Of a stretch of 64,000 nucleotides of DNA, positions 19,502 to 29,126 are shown one piece after another. Within the stretch, counting starts at the first letter, position 1, and the number at the start of each line of letters is the position of its first letter. Made by a program: the position numbers and the translations under genes. A model generated the notes under the pieces. It saw nothing but the letters and a program-made list of their open reading frames with translations. It was not told where the DNA came from and did no database searches. The DNA is from Acidobacteriota bacterium (GTDB taxonomy: Bacteria > Acidobacteriota > UBA6911 > RPQK01 > JAPXNP01): the NCBI GenBank assembly GCA_037388505.1, contig JARRKC010000006.1, positions 4,046 through 68,045 of the forward strand, in the 5' to 3' direction.

Positions 19502-20131
19502 CTAGTAGATGTAAACTCTTGTTCCGATCGGAGCGTTCCGAGCCAGGTACGCGAGTTCCTTGCGGCCCAGGCGGATGCATCCGTGGGTCACGTTCGTACC
19601 GAGGAGGCGTGTATAGAGCGTGCCGTGGATATAGTATCCGTGTCCGAGACCAAGGGCATATTCACCGAGGACGCCTCTCTCGAAGCGATCACTTTCGTTC
19701 TTCGGCACCGGTTCGCCCTCTTCGAGGTAGGCCCAATCCGGCTTCCTCCACCAGGGATTTCGAGTCTTGCTGCGAATCCGGAACTCCCCTCTGGGCGTTC
19801 GAAAGGTCCAGTGTTTTTCTCCCGAAACAAGTTGGACACCACTTCCGGTCGAGCAGACCGCCTCCATGAGCACCTTGTCTCCCCGGCGCAGGTACAGTCG
19901 ATTGCTGGCCGTATCGATCAGGATGAACAATCCGCGGGCTCGGCGTGCCGCAATCTTTCCCTCGAGCTTCCTGGCCGTGGGTAGGGAAGAATCGTCGACG
20001 GGAGGGGTCTGGAAGAGCTGGATGACAAGGGCGCCCAGCAACACAAATCCGATCAGGGCAAACGAAACCAGGACGAGGGTGGGCCAACGCCTCCGGCGTT
20101 CCGTGATCGCTGCTATTTCAGTGATTGACAT
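19502..20131 (-). CDS. L,D-transpeptidase (YkuD family, ErfK/YbiS-like)
   Basis: N-terminal TM; CSTG, TPRGEF, NPWW and YYIHGT...VTHGCIRL. Confidence 0.93.
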   Translation of the reverse strand: MSITEIAAITERRRRWPTLVLVSFALIGFVLLGALVIQLFQTPPVDDSSLPTARKLEGKIAARRARGLFILIDTASNRLYLRRGDKVLMEAVCSTGSGVQLVSGEKHWTFRTPRGEFRIRSKTRNPWWRKPDWAYLEEGEPVPKNESDRFERGVLGEYALGLGHGYYIHGTLYTRLLGTNVTHGCIRLGRKELAYLARNAPIGTRVYIY

Positions 20132-21180
20132 CTTCCTACAATGAAAACCGGCATTCCGACGTATGCGTCCCGATAGAGAAGGTCGATTTCCCTATTGGAG
20201 AGTGCAATGCAGCCGTCTGTCCAGTCCTGGCCTAGTCCCCCGTCGCCATGTATCTCGATCATACTGCCAATCCGTGCATCTGGGGGTAATTCCCCATCCT
20301 GTACGGCGCGCTCGAAATGAGCCTTGTCTTCCTCGTTGGGATAGTTCAGCAACAGAGCAAGATGAAAGCGAGTGTGCTTCCCTTTCTTCTTCTTCGTGAT
20401 CTTATACTCACCCTCAGGCGTTGCGCCGTCTCCCTGACTCAGTTTGTCGTTGAGACCGTTCCACCCCAAATCCACCGGGAACGCACGAACAGTCGATCCG
20501 TCCCGCAGCAGCAGGGCCCGTCGGCGGTACTTCTCAACGAGAAGTACCGACTCCCCGGTCTCCCGGGAAGACTCGATCGCCCTGTGGCACAAGCGTGACC
20601 AGACTCTGAGCAACCTGGGGTCCGAGAATCGGCCTTCCAGTTCCGCGAGTCGCTTCCGCACGTCCATACTCGATGTCTTCAATACATTGAGCACGGCCTC
20701 CGCAGAACGGTCGTCCCCTTCTTCTATGAGAAGCTGAAGCCGCGCAAGTTGCATTTTGAGCGTACGTATCGCCCCATCCGAGTCTTCCAGAAGGGGTTTC
20801 GGCCCGCCGTCCGAAAGGAGATTCTTCAGCAGCGACATTTCCAGACGAAGATGCTCGAGCTTCGTCTGCCTGGTGCTTTCCGCCTGACTGATCAGGGCCT
20901 CTCCGCTTTGCTCGAGCGCCCGAATGTCGTCGTTGAGCGCTTCGATTCGTTTGGGCGAGCGAAACAGCGGCAACCGACCCTCCAGCCGAACGAAATCGGT
21001 CTGAATGTCGAGGAAGTGTCGCTCGAATTCGGTGTATTGAGAGGGAGTGAAACGGTCCGCCTCGGCTGAGAGCAAGCGCATCCGCACACTTTTGAGATGG
21101 ACCCATCCCTCGACGGGCAGAGAATGACACGAGGAAAGGGAAATCAGGAGACACAGCCAGACCAGATGGCGCCAATTCAC
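20113..21180 (-). CDS. YkuD-family protein (YafK/DpaA-like catalytic domain) with N-terminal coiled-coil; probable lipoprotein
   Basis: LSSC lipobox; KLSQGDGATPEGEY, LNYPN and IEIHG...WTDGCIAL. Start is uncertain (GTG 21180; the ORF extends to 21366). Confidence 0.85.
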   Translation of the reverse strand: MNWRHLVWLCLLISLSSCHSLPVEGWVHLKSVRMRLLSAEADRFTPSQYTEFERHFLDIQTDFVRLEGRLPLFRSPKRIEALNDDIRALEQSGEALISQAESTRQTKLEHLRLEMSLLKNLLSDGGPKPLLEDSDGAIRTLKMQLARLQLLIEEGDDRSAEAVLNVLKTSSMDVRKRLAELEGRFSDPRLLRVWSRLCHRAIESSRETGESVLLVEKYRRRALLLRDGSTVRAFPVDLGWNGLNDKLSQGDGATPEGEYKITKKKKGKHTRFHLALLLNYPNEEDKAHFERAVQDGELPPDARIGSMIEIHGDGGLGQDWTDGCIALSNREIDLLYRDAYVGMPVFIVGRCQSLK

Positions 21181-21431
21181 CCGTGAATTCCTGACCGGAT
21201 GTTTTGTCTGTCGGCTTCGACTGCGCCAGGGAAGGGAGTGAAATGTCACTGTAGGAATGTGCCGAAACGCCTTGCGGGCTGCCGATCTCTTTCGAACGGC
21301 AGCCCCACTCTTGTCGCGGACGGGCTGGATGACGGACCAGATGGGCCGTTTAGAGAACTGGGTCAAGGATCACGAAATCCCAGATGGTTCCCTACGCCTT
21401 CGCATCCCGACCGCCGGCGAGTCTACGACAC

Positions 21432-22034
21432 TTATCGCCGTCCCCTTCTGGCCTTGATCGCTTCCTCGATCTGGGAGTTGACGGAGTCGGCTTTCGATTT
21501 CGCCGCCTGGATCTCAGTTTGCGCTTCCAGGTAGTCGCCGCTCTGCATATGCTGGCGCGCTTGGTCCAAAGAACTGCTGGCAGCATCCAGATCGGCCTTC
21601 ATCGCCTCCAAGTCAGCCTGGGTTCCCTTCCCTTTGGGTGCTTTCTCCAAGGCGGACTGGGCAGTGGCTAAAGCCTGTTCGGCATCGGCCAAATCCTGCT
21701 GATCCTGTTTCTGCACTTCGTCCTTTTTAGTCTGCGCATCCTGTGCAGCGGTTTTGAATTCCTGGGTCGCCTGGGCCAGCTGCGTCTTCACCGCATCGTA
21801 GTTCCGGAACGCAGAGAATTTGTTGTTTTCCGCGTTCATAGCGGTTTGCGCCTGATCCAGAGTTGACTGTGCCTTCTGAAACTCGTCGGGAACGTACTTC
21901 TCGGCCTGAGCGCTGGAAGCCTCATCCTTAGCCTGTTGAGCCGTATTCAACTCCTCGGTGGGCGCAGAAGCGCAACCCGCCAAAACGAGAATCGATCCGG
22001 CCAGTAGAAATAGCCCTGCTCCACGTCGATACAT
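21432..22034 (-). CDS. Ala/Gln-rich coiled-coil lipoprotein (DUF4398-like)
   Basis: GGGAGGT RBS; LAGC lipobox; AQAEKYVPDEF; Ala/Gln/Lys-rich helical sequence. Confidence 0.88.
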   Translation of the reverse strand: MYRRGAGLFLLAGSILVLAGCASAPTEELNTAQQAKDEASSAQAEKYVPDEFQKAQSTLDQAQTAMNAENNKFSAFRNYDAVKTQLAQATQEFKTAAQDAQTKKDEVQKQDQQDLADAEQALATAQSALEKAPKGKGTQADLEAMKADLDAASSSLDQARQHMQSGDYLEAQTEIQAAKSKADSVNSQIEEAIKARRGRR

Positions 22035-22335
22035 CTTGTTGCCTACCTCCCTTCCTGACGGGTAAGAACACACCGTCAGTCACACCGAAATGCACACGAC
22101 ATGCGGAATACCGTTGGCGATATTACGTCAAGTCACGTCTCGTATCAATAAGAGCTTACATTTACAGGGCCGCTCATGTGGAACCCGTCTCGAGCTGAGG
22201 AAGCGGGAGCCGGACGGTGGTCTTCCTCCGCGTCCGCCGGTATTGCTGCCTAGCGGTTGACTTGGAAGCTGCCGCATCGCAGGATGAAGGTACCGACCTA
22301 TCGTTCAATCTCGAACCTTCCGAAAGGTGACATCC

Positions 22336-23100
22336 ATGCGACTCGGCGTTTTGATGAGAGACGATCCGGAGGAAATGAATCGAGAGATCGTCCAGACAGT
22401 GGTGAATGTGCTGGAACATTCACTTCAAGAACGGTCCCGGGCTACAGTCTTCCTTGCCGGCGGTTCGACACCGCGGCCGATCTACGAACTCCTGGCGCGG
22501 GATTTCGGGCAAAAGCTCCCCTGGGAGAGGATTCGACTGTTCTGGGGCGATGAGCGCTGGGTGCAACCGGACGATCCCCTGAGCAATCAGCGCATGGCGC
22601 GCGAGACCCTCATCGCAAGGGTTCCGATTCCACCACGGAATGTGTTTCCGATTCCCACGGACGGAGCTCCGGAAGAGGCCGCGGCCCGGTACGACCGCCT
22701 CTTGAGAGAGCAGTTCGCCGAACCGGTTGCGCGTCCGGATCTGGTGCTGCTGGGTCTCGGACCCGAGGGGCATACGGCTTCGCTGTTCCCCCAATCCCCG
22801 GCCCTCTCGGACAAGAATCGCTGGGCCACTGCGGTCAGGGTTAATGCGGCCCCTCCTCAGAGACTCACCGTCACTCTCGGTTTCATCAACCGTGCCAGGC
22901 ACGTGTTCTTTCTGGTAGCGGGTGAGAAGAAGGCAGACATCGTTCGAAAGATCCTCGTCGAGGAGCCGACTGTCGAGCAATGTCCGGCTTCAGGCGTCCG
23001 GCCGACTGAGGGAGAACTGACGTGGTGGTTGGACGCCGCGTCCACTGCGAGACTTCCTCGCTTCTTCCGACCGAGCGGGAGGGAGCGAGTCAGCACGTGA
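22336..23100 (+). CDS. pgl: 6-phosphogluconolactonase
   Basis: LAGGSTP, FWGDERWV, DLVLLGLGPEGHTASLFP and GEKKA. Confidence 0.95.
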   Translation: MRLGVLMRDDPEEMNREIVQTVVNVLEHSLQERSRATVFLAGGSTPRPIYELLARDFGQKLPWERIRLFWGDERWVQPDDPLSNQRMARETLIARVPIPPRNVFPIPTDGAPEEAAARYDRLLREQFAEPVARPDLVLLGLGPEGHTASLFPQSPALSDKNRWATAVRVNAAPPQRLTVTLGFINRARHVFFLVAGEKKADIVRKILVEEPTVEQCPASGVRPTEGELTWWLDAASTARLPRFFRPSGRERVST

Positions 23101-23155
23101 ACGAGCGAGTGATGACGCATAGAAACAGGGCCGACTGAAAACCGAGTCTGCGCGC

Positions 23156-24052
23156 CTACCTCGCGAGGTCGTCGGATATGCTGTTCGTAGTCCGCAGTTC
23201 TGCGAGCATCGCTCTCAGGGAAGCCCTCCAGTGCTTCGCCGGGCGGCCCAGCAATCGCCAAGTCTCACTCGAATCCAGGACCGAAAAGTGAGGGCGTCGC
23301 GCTCGCGTCGGGAATTCGTTGCTCGATATCGGTCTCAGCTGAACCGGGCTATCGAGAAGACCACAGGTCAGGGCCTCCTCTTGAATCGCCACGGCAAAAT
23401 CGTACCAGGAAGCGACCCCTGCGTCCGACCAGTGGAGCACTCTCGGCGTCGACGGTGCTCCGACGAGTTTCCAAATCACTTCAGCCAGTGTTCGCGCCCA
23501 CGTCGGAGCTCCGACTTGGTCCGTAACGACCCGCAGTTCGTCGCCGCTGGCCATCCGTCCCAGGATCGTCTTCACGAAATTCCGGCCATGGATGGAATAA
23601 AGCCAGGACGTCCGTAGCACGGTCACCTGTTCGCCGAGACAGTCCAGGACGCGACCCTCTCCCTCCGCCTTGGATGCGCCGTAGACGCTGATCGGAGACG
23701 GAAGATCATCGGGGCGGTATGGGCGACCCCTCTCGCCATCGAAAATGAAGTCGGTGGACAGATGAATCAGCCGCCCACCACTTTCAGCGGACGCTTCCGC
23801 CACATTAGCAGCTCCGGAAGCGTTGACTGCGAACGCCAGTTCTCTCTCCGATTCTGCCTGGTCGACGGCCGTGTAGGCAGCGGCATTGACAATCACGTCG
23901 GGACGCAGATCGCGAACCAGGCTGCTGACACTCTCGGCGTCTCGGATATCGACCTCGGCCATGTCGCAGCCGGCGACACGCACATCGGTGGGGCAGGTCC
24001 GCAGAAGTTCGAAACCAAGCTGACCCTGCGAGCCGATCAGAAGTACATTCAT
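23156..24052 (-). CDS. rfbD: dTDP-4-dehydrorhamnose reductase
   Basis: GSQGQLG, NAAAYTAVD, HLSTDFIFDG, YGASK, RTSWLY, DQVGAPT and ARRP. Confidence 0.95.
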   Translation of the reverse strand: MNVLLIGSQGQLGFELLRTCPTDVRVAGCDMAEVDIRDAESVSSLVRDLRPDVIVNAAAYTAVDQAESERELAFAVNASGAANVAEASAESGGRLIHLSTDFIFDGERGRPYRPDDLPSPISVYGASKAEGEGRVLDCLGEQVTVLRTSWLYSIHGRNFVKTILGRMASGDELRVVTDQVGAPTWARTLAEVIWKLVGAPSTPRVLHWSDAGVASWYDFAVAIQEEALTCGLLDSPVQLRPISSNEFPTRARRPHFSVLDSSETWRLLGRPAKHWRASLRAMLAELRTTNSISDDLAR

Positions 24053-24087
24053 GAGAGTCTTTCTTCGTTTTTCAAAGAGTCCATCTC

Positions 24088-25155
24088 TCAAAGCCAGTTC
24101 CGTTTCCTAAAGTAGAGGATCATTACCAACGTAACGACCGCGAACACCCCCCAAAGAGCCGGATAGGCCCAATGCAGCCTCAGCTCCGGCATGTATTGGA
24201 AGTTCATGCCGTAGACTCCTGCGATGAACGTCAGCGGGATGAAAATGGTAGCGATAACGGTCAAAACCTTCATAACCTCGTTCATGCGGTTGCTCACCGC
24301 GGAGAGATAAATGTCGAGCAGACTGGAACTCGTGTCTCGGAGGGCTTCAACCGTGTCGAGGACCTGCACTGAATGATCATAGACGTCCCGGAAAAAGACC
24401 CGGACATCCGTATGGATGAGCGGATTTTCGTCACGCATTAGACTGTTCAGCGCTTCGCGAAGAGGCCAGATCGCCCGCCTCAAGGGCACGAGATCCGATT
24501 TGAGCTTCTGTACCTCGCGCAGGGTGTCCTGCTGAGCATCCCCAAAGACCGCGGCCTCGAGGCGCTCGGAGCGATCGTCCATCGTCTCGAGGACCACGAA
24601 GTAGTGGTCCACGACGGCATCGATCAGGGCGTAAAGGAGGTAATCGGGCCCCATCGAGCGGATTCGCTGATGACCGCTGCGCAGGCGGGTCCGAATCGGC
24701 TCAAAGACGTCGCCGGGCGCTTCCTGGAAGGACAGTACATAGCCTTCGCCGAGGACCAGGCTCACCTGCTCGGAGTGCAGCTCCGTTTGATCGTCTCCAA
24801 CCCGGAGCATCCGAAGCACGAAAAAGATGTGATTCGGGTAAACCTCCGCCTTTGGCCGGTGATCGGTGTTGAGGATATCTTCCAGCAATAGCGGGTGGAG
24901 ATGAAACCGCTCACCAAACTCCGCGATCAGGTTGGTGTCCTGCACCCCTTCGACGTTGATCCATGTTACAGAATCACTGCCGGCTCTACGGGCCAGCTCA
25001 TCGATCTGCTTCGTAACCTCTTCGCTCACGTGGTCGGGGCCGTAGTCGATGAGGGTCACGTGGGTCCGGACCGGACGCTCTTCTCCCACATAAACGAGCG
25101 TTCCAGGAGGTGACCCCGGACGGATGCGGCCTTTGAGCTTCCTCTTGCGCGCCAT
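24088..25155 (-). CDS. corA: magnesium/cobalt transporter CorA
   Basis: HPLLLEDI, RDVYDH, NEVMKVLT and GMNF...MPEL. Confidence 0.96.
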   Translation of the reverse strand: MARKRKLKGRIRPGSPPGTLVYVGEERPVRTHVTLIDYGPDHVSEEVTKQIDELARRAGSDSVTWINVEGVQDTNLIAEFGERFHLHPLLLEDILNTDHRPKAEVYPNHIFFVLRMLRVGDDQTELHSEQVSLVLGEGYVLSFQEAPGDVFEPIRTRLRSGHQRIRSMGPDYLLYALIDAVVDHYFVVLETMDDRSERLEAAVFGDAQQDTLREVQKLKSDLVPLRRAIWPLREALNSLMRDENPLIHTDVRVFFRDVYDHSVQVLDTVEALRDTSSSLLDIYLSAVSNRMNEVMKVLTVIATIFIPLTFIAGVYGMNFQYMPELRLHWAYPALWGVFAVVTLVMILYFRKRNWL

Positions 25156-25277
25156 CGATCGACTTACTCTCCACCCCATCGTTGCGTTCCTCCCTCACTT
25201 CTCATCTTCCCGAAAAGCGCGTTTTGCCCACAGTCTGCAGACCTCATGCGCTCGCTTCAGGAAGACCCTGTCGGACA

Positions 25278-25742
25278 TCACGACACGGCACTTTGAAGCA
25301 ACAATGCACCGCGATAATAACTGTAAAGCGCGACGAGCATCACGCAGTGGAAGAGGTCGTTATGGTTGAAGTTTTCCCGGATACCGACTTTCAGGGCCAG
25401 GAGAAGGGCGCCCGCGACCGAGATGGCCAATCCTGCCAACATCCAGCGACGTGCCGGGAACACTGTCGATGCCACCAGGCCCGAAATCATGAAGCCGGCT
25501 GCGGTTCCGATCAGTACCATTGACGCGTTCCACAGGAACGTGGACAGGCGCGGGGAGACAAAGGGCCGGAAACCGTGGAAGCTGCCCCCGACCAGCGCGC
25601 CTATGCCCAAGGCCAGGAATCCGAGCATCCAGAGTCTGCCTCCACTGGAGGGAGCCATCCGGTAGAGCCTCAGGCTGAAGAACAAACACTCAATCGTCAA
25701 CAGGTAGTCAGTCAAGGCGGTCGAGGGTTCGGCAATCCACAT
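25278..25742 (-). CDS. multi-TM membrane protein (DUF6962-like)
   Basis: EPSTALTDYLL, GGSFHG and FNHNDLFH; 5-6 hydrophobic segments. Confidence 0.72.
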   Translation of the reverse strand: MWIAEPSTALTDYLLTIECLFFSLRLYRMAPSSGGRLWMLGFLALGIGALVGGSFHGFRPFVSPRLSTFLWNASMVLIGTAAGFMISGLVASTVFPARRWMLAGLAISVAGALLLALKVGIRENFNHNDLFHCVMLVALYSYYRGALLLQSAVS

Positions 25743-25919
25743 CGATTTCGTCTTCTCTGCCGTGTGGCGGCTGACGCGAGGATATCCGCCCGCGCGGCAC
25801 GGCGCAAGCCCGGCCGGCGCTGCGGACCCTCGATAAGTGGAGCATGTCACTTCTGTGAGCGGAAGTTCCCGTGTACCCTATTGGACAGCAGCGGGGGGCG
25901 TTCCTCTGGATGTGCAACG

Positions 25920-27350
25920 ATGTCGATTGACTTCCGAATTCGGGATTTTTTCCATCCTCACACGATCTGGCAAATCCACCGGAGCCTCGAGCGCACCCAG
26001 TGGCTCCCCCCAGACGAGCTCGAGGAGTATCAAGAATCCCGCCTTGCCCGGGTCCTGGATCAGGCCTTTCGACAGGTTCCCTACTACCGCGATCTCCTCG
26101 GATCACTCGGTCTTCAGCGATCTGATTTTCGCTCGGCTGGGGACCTCCGGCATCTGCCGGTGCTCACGAAAGACACGGTGCAGAATCGGTCGGAGGCGCT
26201 GGTGGCTGCCAATGCTCCGCGCTATTCGCCAACCACTTACAACACCAGCGGAACCTCGGGAAAGCCGCTCCATTTCTATCTCGACCGTGGAGCCAACGCT
26301 CTTGAATTTGCCTACTACTGGCGACACTGGAGTTGGGGAGGATTCAAGCTGGGCAATCGCTTCGCGGAGTTGAACAGCCACTATTTTCTGAAGCGCCCAG
26401 CACTGGCCGATGCTCCGTTTCGCTACCAGCCGCACTTGCGACGCCTCTTGATGAACAGCGGCCAGATCTCCCGGGGGCGCACTCGGATCCTGGCCGATGC
26501 CATCCGCCGATATCGGCCCCGCTTTCTCAAGGGACTGGCTTCCGCCCTCTACTTTCTCGCACTGACCCTCCAGGAGGCGCACATCTCGGACATCCGGTTC
26601 GAGTGCGTGTTCTCGACCGGGGAGCTGGTCACCAAAATGCACCGCGGCCTGATCGAATCGGTCTTCGGATGCCGGCTGTTGGATTCGTACGGGCACATGG
26701 AGCGTACAGTGGCGATCTCAGAGTGTCCGCAGGGGGGCTATCACATCAATAGCGACTATGGCTTGATGCAGTTCGAGGATCTTCGCCCGAGCGAAGACGG
26801 AACCGGGACGCTCGCCCGCGTGATCGGCACGTCTCTGTACAACTTCGCGATGCCCTTGATCCGATACGACGTCGGCGACGAGGTCGAACTTCTGCCCGAT
26901 GAGCGGCGGTGTCCGTGCGGGCGAAGTCTCCCGCTGGTGGCCGCAATTCGCGGTCGTTGTCAGGACATCATCCTGACTCCGGAGGGGAACTACGTGACGG
27001 CGCTCTTCATCGTACCCGAGCTGGTTCGGGGCGTGAGGTTCATCCAGTTCGTACAGGACCGAGAGGACCAACTCGAGGTCCGACTGGTTCCGTCCCCCAT
27101 GTTCTCAGACGAGACGTCGCGGCACCTGCTGGTTCATACACGCCGTCTCGTCGGTGAGAGAATGCACGTCAGAGTCCGGATCGTTGAGGACGCGGACCTC
27201 ATCCGCGACCGGTCCGGCAAGGTCAGGAGCGTCATCGGTTATGACTGGACCGGGTCAGTGGCGGACGGCGGGACTGCCGTTGAGGAGCGCCGGAAGGATC
27301 CGGGACCCTCGGCCCGAATTGACAAGCCTTCGGACCAGCCGCAAGAATAA
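25920..27350 (+). CDS. phenylacetate-CoA ligase/CapK-like adenylate-forming enzyme
   Basis: VPYYR, LPVLTK, TSGTSGKP, DSYGHME, MPLIRYDVGD, CPCGR and SGKVR. Confidence 0.88.
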   Translation: MSIDFRIRDFFHPHTIWQIHRSLERTQWLPPDELEEYQESRLARVLDQAFRQVPYYRDLLGSLGLQRSDFRSAGDLRHLPVLTKDTVQNRSEALVAANAPRYSPTTYNTSGTSGKPLHFYLDRGANALEFAYYWRHWSWGGFKLGNRFAELNSHYFLKRPALADAPFRYQPHLRRLLMNSGQISRGRTRILADAIRRYRPRFLKGLASALYFLALTLQEAHISDIRFECVFSTGELVTKMHRGLIESVFGCRLLDSYGHMERTVAISECPQGGYHINSDYGLMQFEDLRPSEDGTGTLARVIGTSLYNFAMPLIRYDVGDEVELLPDERRCPCGRSLPLVAAIRGRCQDIILTPEGNYVTALFIVPELVRGVRFIQFVQDREDQLEVRLVPSPMFSDETSRHLLVHTRRLVGERMHVRVRIVEDADLIRDRSGKVRSVIGYDWTGSVADGGTAVEERRKDPGPSARIDKPSDQPQE

Positions 27351-27353
27351 CCA

Positions 27354-27650
27354 GTGCCCATGGACTCGGCACAAATCGAAGCAGCCATACGCCAGGTTTT
27401 GGTCGACGAGTTGAAACTGAAGTCCGCCGACGTGGCAGCACTTTCCGTGGATACGCCGCTCCTGGGACGGGGTCTGGGATTGGACTCGATGGAGGTGCTG
27501 ACTCTGACCACTGCGCTCGAGGAGCGCTTCTCGATCCAGGTGGCGGACGCAGAGCTGACTTCCGAGCTGTTTCGAAGTCTGAGTTCATTGATTGCGCTCA
27601 TCCGAGCCAAGACTGGCCCGCCGGAACCTGGCCCAGAGGGAATAGAGTGA
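27354..27650 (+). CDS. acyl carrier protein
   Basis: GLGLDSMEVL phosphopantetheine site; LEERFSI. Confidence 0.92.
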   Translation: MPMDSAQIEAAIRQVLVDELKLKSADVAALSVDTPLLGRGLGLDSMEVLTLTTALEERFSIQVADAELTSELFRSLSSLIALIRAKTGPPEPGPEGIE

Positions 27651-29119
27651 TGAAGACAATCGCCGACATTCTTCCCGAAGTCTCCGCCAGAGATCCGAAC
27701 CAAACCGCGCTGGTCGAAGGTGATACTCGTCTCTCCTACGGCGAGCTTTGTGCCAGGGCGCAGGCGCTGGGCCGGACGCTGCGAGAGCTGGGAATCGAGA
27801 CGGGAAGTCGGGTTGCACTTCTGCTGCCCAACGGCATCGATTTCGTTACGGCATATTTCGGAATCGCGGCTGCCGGGGCGATCATCGTCCCCTTGAATGA
27901 TGGCTATCAGGAGACCGAACTCGAGTACTTCACGCGGCTCTGCGACATCTCGCTGCTGGTCACTTCCAGACGTCACGAAGAATTGTGTCGGCGGGTCTTG
28001 GCCGGAGGTCGAAGCGAATGTCGCCCCTTCTTCATGGAGGGCTGGGTCTTTGAGCCAGGGAAGGGGACTCGCGCTGATGTGAACTGGGTCGATGCCGAGA
28101 ACCCGGTCATGTTCCAGTTTTCGTCCGGCTCGACGGGTACACCCAAGCGGATCGCCCGACGGCACCACAACCTCCTTTTCGAACTAGAGAGCTTCGTCAG
28201 GACTCTGGGGATCCGCACGGATGATCGTTTTTTGGGCGTAGCGCCCTTCTCACACGTGAACGGACTGATGCGCAGCATGATGACCTCGATGTTTGCGGGC
28301 GCCACGCTGTATCCCCTCGAGCGGTTCGAGAGGCAGCGGGTTGCCGAGGTCATCGAGCGCGAGCGGATCACGATCATGATCGCGGTGCCTTTCATGTTCG
28401 GCATGCTGGCGAAGAGCCGTTTCGATCCGGTTCCGGATTTCTCGACCCTGAGGCTCTGTGTCTCGGCAAGCGCTCCGATGCCGAAGAATCTCAATCTCCA
28501 ATTTCATGGCAAATTCGGACGTTTCGTTCGCCAACTCTACGGATCCACCGAGACGGGGACGATCAGCGTCAATCTGACGGACGATCCCTCGGATTCACTG
28601 GAGTCGGTGGGCTTGCCCATTCGCGGTGTTTCGGTCGATGTGCTGTCCGACTCAGGTGATTCCGTGCCGGCGGATGAGATGGGCGAGCTTGTGGTCCGCA
28701 GCCCTGCCGCGATTGCCGGGTACGAGGACCTGCCCGAGGTCAATCGGGAGAGTTTCCGTGACGGTTACTTCCTCACCGGCGACCTCGGTCGAAAGGATGC
28801 GTCGGGATACCTCTACCTGCTCGGACGCAAGAAATTCTTCATCAACAAGGGCGGCTACAAGATCAACCCACAGGAAATCGAGCAGCTGCTCGAGCAACAT
28901 CCTGCGGTCGAAGAGGTTGCCGTAGTCGGGGTTCCGACCCAGTTCGAAGACGAAAAGGTCAAGGCGGTCGTTGTCAAGAAAAGCGACGTCGGCACCGAGG
29001 AGTTGGTGGAATTCTGTCGGGGCAAGATCGCCGATTTCAAGATCCCGGCCACCATTGAGTTCCGGGACTCCCTTCCCAAGAGCTCGACCGGTAAGGTTCG
29101 CAAGAAGTTGTTGATCTGA
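27647..29119 (+). CDS. class I adenylate-forming (acyl-CoA/ACP ligase) enzyme
   Basis: FSSGSTGTPK, YGSTETG, TGDLG, GRKK and LPKSSTGKV. Confidence 0.93.
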   Translation: MMKTIADILPEVSARDPNQTALVEGDTRLSYGELCARAQALGRTLRELGIETGSRVALLLPNGIDFVTAYFGIAAAGAIIVPLNDGYQETELEYFTRLCDISLLVTSRRHEELCRRVLAGGRSECRPFFMEGWVFEPGKGTRADVNWVDAENPVMFQFSSGSTGTPKRIARRHHNLLFELESFVRTLGIRTDDRFLGVAPFSHVNGLMRSMMTSMFAGATLYPLERFERQRVAEVIERERITIMIAVPFMFGMLAKSRFDPVPDFSTLRLCVSASAPMPKNLNLQFHGKFGRFVRQLYGSTETGTISVNLTDDPSDSLESVGLPIRGVSVDVLSDSGDSVPADEMGELVVRSPAAIAGYEDLPEVNRESFRDGYFLTGDLGRKDASGYLYLLGRKKFFINKGGYKINPQEIEQLLEQHPAVEEVAVVGVPTQFEDEKVKAVVVKKSDVGTEELVEFCRGKIADFKIPATIEFRDSLPKSSTGKVRKKLLI

Positions 29120-29126
29120 GGCACCT

